A DNA stretch of 64,000 nucleotides from Candidatus Woesearchaeota archaeon (lineage in GTDB: Archaea > Nanobdellota > Nanobdellia > SCGC-AAA011-G17 > JACPIM01), in contig JBDRGP010000014.1 in the NCBI GenBank assembly GCA_043817645.1, positions 11,879 to 75,878 of the forward strand, given 5' to 3'. Of the stretch, positions 37,014-43,993 are shown in pieces. The notes under the pieces are model-generated. The model was not told the origin of the DNA. It made no database searches and saw nothing but the letters and a program-made list of their open reading frames with translations. The stretch's first letter is position 1, and each line of letters starts with the position of its first letter. Made by a program: the position numbers and the translations under genes.

Positions 37014-37385
37014 TTATCTGCTATCTAATGGTTCAAGTATGTCATAGCATTTTTCTCTTTTTAATCTTTTTAAGCTTAAATCAATTTTAGTTTCTCCTGC
37101 TTGAATTCTAAATCTATCATCAATTTGTTCATTTACATAACACTCTGGTCCACCAACATATTCAACTTCATATCCATCTCCTAAAGGAGTTCCTGTAACA
37201 AGATCATTTCTAGCATCTTTAACTAATACTGCAAGACCTGTAGCTAACAAATCAACATCTTCATATTGCCTATCTCCTCTCAAAGCACTTCCCTTAAGTT
37301 CCACTTCTAGACCACGAAGATTTAAGTATTCAACAACTTCTCTAACAGGGGTTTGGTCTTTTTCTCTTAATTTTGATAAATCCAT
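37014..37385 (-). CDS. Small protein with a nucleotidyltransferase-like GS..DxD motif
   Basis: KGSALRGDRQYEDVDLLAT. Confidence 0.35.
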   Translation of the reverse strand: MDLSKLREKDQTPVREVVEYLNLRGLEVELKGSALRGDRQYEDVDLLATGLAVLVKDARNDLVTGTPLGDGYEVEYVGGPECYVNEQIDDRFRIQAGETKIDLSLKRLKREKCYDILEPLDSR

Positions 37386-37578
37386 TTTTTCCTCAAATTT
37401 ATAAAATAATCATGATTTTGAATACAATTACTACTATCTTTAGGATATATAAACCTTTCTCTTTTTAACTACTTTTGAGTAACTACCCAACAAAACCAAA
37501 ACCTTTATATATAACCTATTCAAGTTATTTATAAATCTTATTATACTCTAAAATAAGTTTTAGTTTAGGGGGGTTTAT

Positions 37579-39084
37579 ATGCCATCGTATATCAAGAAGT
37601 GCCCAGAATGTGGGGGCATTAATTTAATCCTTAATAAAGAAAAAGGAGAAGTTCTTTGCAAAGACTGTGGTCTTGTTATAGAAGAAAAACTAGTAGATTT
37701 TGGCCAAGAATGGCGTGAATTTGACTCAGACCAATCTGCAAAAAGAAGAAGAACTGGTGCTCCTATGACCTATTCTGTTCTAGGATTTGAGCCTATTATT
37801 GTTAGAAATAACGATCAAGTAAAAATAATCAAAATAAGCGACTTTATTGACGAAATAATGGAAAATAACTTCATCAACGTCGCATCCGACGGCCATTTAG
37901 AAATATTAGATATAGGCCACAAAGACTTCGAGGCAATATCTTTTGATGAAGATTACAACGTTGATTTTCAAAAAATTAGTGAAGTTTCAAGACACCCCGT
38001 TCAGGAAGCCTATGAAATCCTTCTAGACAGTGGAAAAAAAGTTGAAGTCACTGGAAGTCACAGTGTGTTTACAGAAAAAAATAAGAAAGTTATTCCGATT
38101 AGAGTAGATGAATTAAAAGAAAATCAATGTATAGTAGGTCCAAAACCCGAAGTAATCTCTCAATTAATAAGCTATGTTAACGTAGAATCAAATGGTTCAC
38201 AACTATTAATGAAAAAAAGGCTAACTACCTCTCCATTTATCCTATATAATATCAAATCAATCAAAAAAGTAAAGCCTTCCACTCCTTATGCATATGACCT
38301 AACAGTCCCGGGATATGAAAACTTCGTAGGTGGAAGAGGAGGAATATTCTTACATAACACTAAATATGACAGAGGTCTAGGAACAGACGTAGGCCAAAAA
38401 GGAGATATCTTCAAATTATCAGGAAAAGGTAGAAATAAATTCTTTAGATTAAGAAAATGGCAATACAGAATATCCACAGCTATTGAAAGAAACCTAAAAT
38501 TAGCCTTAGCAGAGCTAAAAAGAGTCGCCTCATACCTAAAATTACCTAAATCAGTAGAAGAAGAAGCATCAAGGATATACACTCTAGCAGTCCAAAGAGG
38601 ATTAGTAAGAGGAAGATCAATGGAGTCTGTAGTTGCAGGAGCATTATATGCTGCATGCAGACGTCACGAAGTTCCAAGAACATTAGATGAACTATCAGAA
38701 GCATCAGGAATAGATAAAAAAGAAATTGGAAGAACATACAGATTCGTAACAAGAGAGCTAGGAATAAGAATCCTACCAAGTAATCCTTTAGACTATATTC
38801 CAAGATTTGCATCTGCACTAAAATTAACACCAGAAACACAAAGTAAGGCAGTAGAAATCCTAGAAATGGCTGAAAACTCAGAATTAACTTCAGGAAGAGG
38901 CCCAACAGGAATAGCAGCAGCATCATTATACGTAGCAGCCCTAATCAACAATGAAAAAAAGACACAAAGAGAAGTAGCAGATATTGCGGGTGTAACAGAA
39001 GTAACAATTAGAAACAGATATAAAGAATTACTCAAAAAACTAAAATTAGAAGACAAAATAAAAAAAATAAAAAAAGCAGCTTAG
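37579..39084 (+). CDS. tfb: Transcription initiation factor TFB (TFIIB) interrupted in frame by a mini-intein
   Basis: Zinc ribbon CPECGG...CKDCG, B-finger region RRRTGAPMTY|...|TKYDRGLGT, and two cyclin repeats. Shine-Dalgarno GGGGGG at 37568-37573. Confidence 0.9.
   Translation: MPSYIKKCPECGGINLILNKEKGEVLCKDCGLVIEEKLVDFGQEWREFDSDQSAKRRRTGAPMTYSVLGFEPIIVRNNDQVKIIKISDFIDEIMENNFINVASDGHLEILDIGHKDFEAISFDEDYNVDFQKISEVSRHPVQEAYEILLDSGKKVEVTGSHSVFTEKNKKVIPIRVDELKENQCIVGPKPEVISQLISYVNVESNGSQLLMKKRLTTSPFILYNIKSIKKVKPSTPYAYDLTVPGYENFVGGRGGIFLHNTKYDRGLGTDVGQKGDIFKLSGKGRNKFFRLRKWQYRISTAIERNLKLALAELKRVASYLKLPKSVEEEASRIYTLAVQRGLVRGRSMESVVAGALYAACRRHEVPRTLDELSEASGIDKKEIGRTYRFVTRELGIRILPSNPLDYIPRFASALKLTPETQSKAVEILEMAENSELTSGRGPTGIAAASLYVAALINNEKKTQREVADIAGVTEVTIRNRYKELLKKLKLEDKIKKIKKAA
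37774..38358 (+). other. 195-aa mini-intein within tfb (Ser1 ... His-Asn, +1 Thr)
   Basis: Block B VEVTGSHSVFT (TxxH), block F/G YAYDLTVPGYENFVGGRGGIFLHN followed by T. No LAGLIDADG motif. Removal yields GAPMTYTKYDRGLGT, which matches the TFB consensus. Confidence 0.8.
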
Positions 39085-39413
39085 AATGGTCTGTATGTTG
39101 AGGGTACATTTTGATTCTACAGCACCAATAGATTTCTTTTATGAAGTAAATATAAGAATGCTCTCTAGAAAAGGCCAAAGAGGAATTAATAGTTTCAGTG
39201 GACCAATACAAGAAACTGACACTTCAAAGCGTTATTTTTTCAAAAATGAAGATGCACCCAAGAAGCCAGAAAAAGTATTTGAAACAGTCAGAAAATCCAG
39301 AAAACTCAAAAAAAGAAGCATTACGCTTGAAGCCAGGTTTTGTTAAATCTCAATAAAAATAGCAGCCACCAACTCGCAACCTCTTTTTTAGGATTTAACA
39401 AACTAAATAGTAT

Positions 39414-40301
39414 TTAAACATTCACTTTCATAAAATCTTTACTAATAAAAGTATTCTTAAAAACTTCTTTAGCTTCCTTCTCTAACTTCCCAACAGATTT
39501 ATATCTTTGAGAAAAATGAGTTAAAACCAATTTTTTCACTCCAGCCTTCTTAGCTATCTCAGCAGCTTGTTCAGCAGTTAAATGTTGATATTCTCTAGCC
39601 TTTTCCTCAAGTTCTTTAGAATAAGTAGCTTCACAAACCAACAAATCAGCATCCTTAGCAACCTTAATACAACCAGCAATAAACTCTGTATCAGTAATAT
39701 AAGTTACTTTTCTACCCTTTTTAATTATCGTAGCATCCTTCGCTTTTATTTTCTTACCGTTATAAAAAATATCCTTACCTTTCTGTAATTCTCCAAGCAA
39801 GGGATGTCTCTCCAATCCAAATTTTTTAACATACCCAACATTCACTCTCCGTTTATCTTTTTCAATAAAAGAAAAGGCTAAGCAAGGAACCGTATGTTTC
39901 ATTAAATAAGCTTCAAGTACAAAATCTTCATTCTCAAAGAATTTTCCCTTAACTTCATTAACAACAAAATCGATCTTTCCCTTAAGCAAAAAAGCAGACA
40001 CAATCTTTTTCATAAAATTCTTAGATCTTTCAGGCCCATAAATTTCCAAAGTTCTCTGATAATCGCTAGCACTCAAGCTCTGTATCAATCCAGGAATACC
40101 CAAAACATGATCCCCATGCCAATGACTTACCAATAATTTAGTAATTTTAGCAGGAGATACACCTCCAATCCTTAATTGTCGTTGAATATTTTCACCACAG
40201 TCTATCAAAATGTTCTCGCCTCCATATGTTAAAAGAACACCAGGGTGATTTCTATTCCTAGTAGGAACCATCGCAGATGTCCCAAGAAACGTGACTTCCA
40301 T
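39414..40301 (-). CDS. rnz: Ribonuclease Z (tRNA 3-prime processing, metallo-beta-lactamase fold)
   Basis: FLGTSAMVPT, LIDCGE, VSHWHGDH, THFSQRY. Confidence 0.85.
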   Translation of the reverse strand: MEVTFLGTSAMVPTRNRNHPGVLLTYGGENILIDCGENIQRQLRIGGVSPAKITKLLVSHWHGDHVLGIPGLIQSLSASDYQRTLEIYGPERSKNFMKKIVSAFLLKGKIDFVVNEVKGKFFENEDFVLEAYLMKHTVPCLAFSFIEKDKRRVNVGYVKKFGLERHPLLGELQKGKDIFYNGKKIKAKDATIIKKGRKVTYITDTEFIAGCIKVAKDADLLVCEATYSKELEEKAREYQHLTAEQAAEIAKKAGVKKLVLTHFSQRYKSVGKLEKEAKEVFKNTFISKDFMKVNV

Positions 40302-40354
40302 AAAATATATCTCAGTAAAAAGGTTTTTAAATAGTTTGTCATTAAATTAAAGAT

Positions 40355-40882
40355 ATGTCCACAAAAAAATTCAAAGCAGCCTTCTCAAGAGAAGTTGTAA
40401 TTTCTGAAGGTAAGGAAGCCAGATCTGTCTATGACAAAAGCAGATTTGGTGAAATTAAAGACAAAAAAATACTTTACACCCTAGTAGAAGCTCTATACTT
40501 AATAGAAACAAAAAAAATGAATGTTTATGACTCAAACAATAAAATAATCAAAGAAGAAGCATTCATTAAAAAAGCAAGAGATCTAGAGCCAAATTTCACT
40601 GTAAGATACGCAGTATTCAAAGAATTAAGATCCCGTGGTTATGTAGTAAAAACCGCTCTAAAGTTTGGAGCAGATTTCAGAGTATATGACAGAGGAGTAA
40701 AACCAGGAGAAGACCATGCAAAATGGATAGTTTTTCCGGTATTTGAAACAGACGTCCTAACCTGGTTTGATTTTGCAGCAAAAAACAGAGTAGCCCATAG
40801 CACAAGAAAGAAACTTTTACTGGCAGTAGTAGACTCTGAAAAAGATGTTAGTTTCTGGGAATCCGGCTGGATAAAGCCATAA
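40355..40882 (+). CDS. endA: tRNA-splicing endonuclease EndA, short single-unit (alpha4-like) form
   Basis: RSRGYVVKTALKFGADFRVY (catalytic Tyr), EDHAKW (His), STRKKLLLAVV (Lys). 175 aa. Confidence 0.85.
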   Translation: MSTKKFKAAFSREVVISEGKEARSVYDKSRFGEIKDKKILYTLVEALYLIETKKMNVYDSNNKIIKEEAFIKKARDLEPNFTVRYAVFKELRSRGYVVKTALKFGADFRVYDRGVKPGEDHAKWIVFPVFETDVLTWFDFAAKNRVAHSTRKKLLLAVVDSEKDVSFWESGWIKP

Positions 40883-40935
40883 ACATATACTCTCAAGCAA
40901 AAAAGGTTATAAGCTCAGAGTTCTCAACTTATTAA

Positions 40936-41751
40936 GTGGTAGACTTAAAGGAAGTAAAAGAAAAAATAATTAGTTTAGTTCATTCAGAAGGACCTCTCCT
41001 ACCAGTACAAATATCCAGAAAACTAGAAAAAGACACTATTTTCGCAGGAGCAGTCTTAAGTGAACTAGTAAAGGATAAAGCAATCTTAATCTCAAAAGCA
41101 AAAGTTGGTGGCAGCCCTGTCTACTACAGCAAAGGCCAAGAAGGCAAACTTTCTTTACTCTATCCCCACCTCCCATCTAAAGAAAAAGAGGCATACGAAT
41201 CATTAAGAAAAAATCAGATTCTAAAAGACAAAGAATGTGACCCACCAATTAGAATAGCCTTAAGAAGCATAAAAGATTTCTCAATACCTTTAGAAATAAA
41301 TGGAGAACTCTACTGGCGTTGGTACTTAACTCCAGAAATAGAAGCCAAATCACTATTAGAATCTACAATAGAAGATAAAGAACCAACACCCACTGTAAAA
41401 CCATTACCAAAAGAAGAAATAGTCCTAAAAGATGTAGGAGATGAATTTCTTAATAAAGTCACAAACGCCCTTAAATCCAAACAAATAGAAATTTCAGACA
41501 TACAGATAATAAAAAAGAAAAGAGAAATAGAAGGTAAAATAAAAATAAACTCTGACCTAGGCATCTTAGATTTCTTAGTTGTGGGAAAAAACAAAAAAAG
41601 GATCAATGAAGCAGATATCAGTCTAGCTAACGACAGAGGAAGGAAAAATAAGTTGCCCATACTCTTTCTAACAACAGGAGAAATGACTAAAAAATGCGAC
41701 AAATACGTAGAAGAAAACCTCAAAGGAAGATTAATAATAAGAAAAATCTAA
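40936..41751 (+). CDS. Winged-helix-like protein of unknown function (GTG start)
   Basis: N-terminal LLPVQISRKLEKDTIFAGAVLSELVKDKAIL looks like a wHTH. The C-terminal half is unassigned. Confidence 0.35.
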   Translation: MVDLKEVKEKIISLVHSEGPLLPVQISRKLEKDTIFAGAVLSELVKDKAILISKAKVGGSPVYYSKGQEGKLSLLYPHLPSKEKEAYESLRKNQILKDKECDPPIRIALRSIKDFSIPLEINGELYWRWYLTPEIEAKSLLESTIEDKEPTPTVKPLPKEEIVLKDVGDEFLNKVTNALKSKQIEISDIQIIKKKREIEGKIKINSDLGILDFLVVGKNKKRINEADISLANDRGRKNKLPILFLTTGEMTKKCDKYVEENLKGRLIIRKI

Positions 41752-41876
41752 AATGAACCTTCATCTATTCACTCTTAATCATACTACTTATTATAAATCC
41801 CTTTAAATTCCCTAGCAAATCTTTCTCCTAACCAACAAAACTTGAATTTTCCTTCTTTTTGGCATTTATTTATAAA

Positions 41877-42254
41877 TTAATAACTACTTTTCTTAAGATC
41901 CAAAGTTTTTCTTACTTTATCATAATATTTGTGATCGCCTAAGTGGAATTCTATGTAAATTGAGTTTTTAACTTTCACTAGGAGAATTCTATATTTTGTA
42001 TTGCCTAAAGTAAAGGGATAACGAAATACAAGTAGTTGATTAATAGCCCATTTTTTGTATTTCTTAGTTGAACCGACAAATATTGGCTGAATCTCTCTTT
42101 CTATAACATCAGATATCCACTTATAGATTTTTTCTTCTTGAGTGCTAGTTAGCATACCAGCAATTTGAGCGAAATTCTCTCCTAGAAATTCTATTCTATA
42201 AGCTTGAGATATTAATTTTTCAAGTTTTCTTTTAAAATAATCGGGATTAACCAT
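41877..42254 (-). CDS. Protein with a RelE/ParE-like C-terminal region
   Basis: C-terminal YRILLVKVKNSIYIEFHLGDHKYYD resembles the RelE/ParE pattern (yRi.y.v....i.i..ig.H..yY). 8-nt overlap with the upstream NTase. Confidence 0.4.
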   Translation of the reverse strand: MVNPDYFKRKLEKLISQAYRIEFLGENFAQIAGMLTSTQEEKIYKWISDVIEREIQPIFVGSTKKYKKWAINQLLVFRYPFTLGNTKYRILLVKVKNSIYIEFHLGDHKYYDKVRKTLDLKKSSY

Positions 42255-42906
42255 ACGAAATGCCCCTAGTTATTGCATGGGTCAATTTATATAAAAATCT
42301 TTGTGCCCTGTATTCAAGTAAATCTTTATAGAACCCTGCTTGAGTATAGAAAAATTTCTTTAGATATGTTTTTCTCATGTTTTTATTGATGATTTTAGGA
42401 GTCTCTTTTTTAACATACTCTAGGATTTCTAAATAATTTTTGAATTTTTCAATCTTCCTAGTAAGATGAAACGTATCTAAAATGTTGCCTGTTTTGAAAT
42501 ATTCAGTGTATAAAACCAAGAAACGAACATCCTTATGATATTTATTTTTTTGATTCAACAGAGTAGGTATTGCTTCGTTAATAACATGCCAATAATCTGA
42601 AATTGTCACTTTTAATGGTTTTTTAGGGAGAATATTTTTAGAAATGCAACTTTTTGAAATAGAATGGTAAAACAAAGAATAAAGATCGTTAAAATCTATT
42701 ATTGTGATTTTAGCCTTTTTATTATTTATAGAAATACTTCTTTTAGTTCTTGTAATTACAAAGATGTCAATGTCTTTATATTTTTCTTTGTACAAAAAAG
42801 ATCCTGTAATAAAGCAATGTTTAGCGGGTATTTGACTTAGCAAGTCCCATGCCTCTCTAAGTCTATTTTCTATAATTTCTTCGCTATGGGGATTATAAAT
42901 TATCAT
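42247..42906 (-). CDS. Nucleotidyltransferase-domain protein
   Basis: ITGSFLYKEKYKDIDIFVI motif. Confidence 0.6.
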   Translation of the reverse strand: MIIYNPHSEEIIENRLREAWDLLSQIPAKHCFITGSFLYKEKYKDIDIFVITRTKRSISINNKKAKITIIDFNDLYSLFYHSISKSCISKNILPKKPLKVTISDYWHVINEAIPTLLNQKNKYHKDVRFLVLYTEYFKTGNILDTFHLTRKIEKFKNYLEILEYVKKETPKIINKNMRKTYLKKFFYTQAGFYKDLLEYRAQRFLYKLTHAITRGISYG

Positions 42907-43165
42907 GTCTATTACTTATTTTATATATATTTAAGTTTTTCGGTTAAATTTTATTATTTATATAAAAAAGATAATATATCCTTCACAAAGCGGTAAGTTT
43001 TTATCATTCATTTTGTATGGATATTTTTTCCACTTTTTATGAATAAGGTGCTTAGTTTAAGCCAATAAGAGTAAAACTCTGCGTATTCTAGAAATCTTTG
43101 ATTTCGTTAATCAACAATTTGACACTAGAAAACCTTAAAAACAGACATTCTAAACCTAAAATAGC

Positions 43166-43378
43166 ATGGGAAGAGTAAAAACAACGCAAGTAAAGAGAGC
43201 AACAAAAAGACTCGCAAAAGAGCACGGAGACCAATTCAAAAAAGATTTTTCTAGCAATAAGAAGATAGTAGACAAACTCTTAGACGTAAAAAGCAAAAAG
43301 CTCAGGAACGTAATCGCTGGATACATAACAAGGCTTACTAGAAAAAGTGCAGAAGAGGCTCAAAAAGCCAAAATATAA
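43166..43378 (+). CDS. rps17e: 30S ribosomal protein S17e
   Basis: MGRVKTTQVKRATKRLAKEHGDQF N-terminus. Confidence 0.9.
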   Translation: MGRVKTTQVKRATKRLAKEHGDQFKKDFSSNKKIVDKLLDVKSKKLRNVIAGYITRLTRKSAEEAQKAKI

Positions 43379-43501
43379 GACATAAATAGTTTACGACATA
43401 AGTAATACATTGTGCCTTTGCTCATTATTACGCTTTCTTTGTAAAATCCTCAGAGGAGGTCTGGTGGGATTATGCGTTTCTTTTGGCAGCAACTAAAGAC
43501 T

Positions 43502-43516
43502 CGAAAAATATATAAA
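43502..43516 (+). promoter_or_regulatory. Candidate BRE/TATA promoter of albA
   Basis: CGAAAAATATATAAA about 90 nt upstream of the ATG at 43605, followed by hairpin CTCCTT-ctaaa-AAGGAG (43523-43539) and Shine-Dalgarno GGGGGG. Confidence 0.35.
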
Positions 43517-43604
43517 GAAAACTCCTTCTAAAAAGGAGCAAATAAGTGGTAAAAAAAGTTACTATAAACAACTAAAAAATACAGAAATTTCGGGGGGATT
43601 AAAT

Positions 43605-43965
43605 ATGACAGAAGAAACTAAACCAGAAGAAAAACCAACAAAGACAATGAACAAAGACGACCACGTGGTATTCATCGGTAGCAAACCGTTCATGAAAGGA
43701 TCTCAGTGAAAGCTGTTATCCCAGGATTTACGTTACCGGTGTCGTTATGCAATTTACAACACAAGGAGCAGACGAAGTAGTAATCAAAGGCAGAGGAAAA
43801 TTCATAACAAGATGTGTTGACGTTGCAGAAGTAGCATCTAAGAGATTCCTACAAGGACAGATAGAAGTAACAGACGTTAAACTAAACAGTGAAGAATTCA
43901 AAAACAAAGAAGGGAGAGACGTCAGAGTTTCCACTATAGAAATTAGTCTTGACAGAACAAAATAA
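43605..43965 (+). CDS. albA: Alba (Sac10b) DNA/RNA-binding protein, split. join(43605..43696,43728..43965) gives a 109-aa product
   Basis: Frame 0 gives ..DDHVVFIGSKPFMKGSQ*. Frame +1 from 43729 gives YVTGVVMQFTTQGADEVVIKGRGKFITRCVDVAEVASKRFL...VSTIEISL. The joined protein aligns without gaps to Alba (VVLIGKKPVMNYV.AV.TQ...EV.IKARG.AI.KAVDVAE). Confidence 0.75.
43697..43727 (+). other. Candidate 31-nt bulge-helix-bulge intron in albA mRNA
   Basis: Central helix C43691-G43725, U43693-A43723, G43694-C43722, with an A43692/G43724 mismatch. The 3-nt bulges are AAA 43695-43697 and AUU 43726-43728. Inner helix is GGAU 43698-43701 with AUCC 43718-43721 plus CAG/CUG. Outer helix is CGU 43687-43689 with ACG 43730-43732. 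Confidence 0.55.
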
Positions 43966-43971
43966 GTCTCT

Positions 43972-43991
43972 TATTCTTTTTTTATTTTTTT
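43972..43991 (+). terminator. Oligo-T tract downstream of albA
   Basis: ttattctttttttatttttt begins 7 nt after the stop. Archaeal RNAP terminates at T-runs. Confidence 0.35.
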
Positions 43992-43993
43992 AA

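Noticed and set aside
38286-38926. Minus-strand ORFs (98, 126 and 87 aa) inside tfb
   Set aside because: They are antisense shadows of a confidently identified gene. Their L/F/I-rich low-complexity translations are typical of reverse frames in AT-rich K/E-rich genes. The same reasoning applies to 1315..1584, 3481..3786, 4646..5128, 5396..5820, 7174..7744, 9075..9580, 21238..22073, 23386..24123, 28500..29889, 31746..32535, 44214..46663, 61475..63749 and similar track entries.
39086-39346. 86-aa ORF immediately after tfb
   Set aside because: It has no recognisable motif, no Shine-Dalgarno or promoter, and an odd composition. It may be spurious or a lineage-specific small protein, so it is left unannotated.
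42907-43165. Possible tRNA, sRNA or integration site in the 259-nt gap next to the NTase/RelE-like pair
   Set aside because: No cloverleaf, no C/D-box (RUGAUGA..CUGA) pairs and no flanking direct repeats were detectable by eye.
43697-43727. Alternative explanations for the albA interruption: a simple sequencing frameshift, a duplication-flanked insertion (AGGAT direct repeats at 43697 and 43723), or programmed +1 frameshifting
   Set aside because: Deleting one repeat plus the interior (26 nt) does not restore the frame. A single-base frameshift would leave a 10-aa insertion (KDLSESCYPRI) inside the conserved KPVMNYV helix start. Only the 31-nt excision predicted by the BHB geometry gives a gapless Alba. 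A pseudogene or assembly error cannot be excluded without reads.
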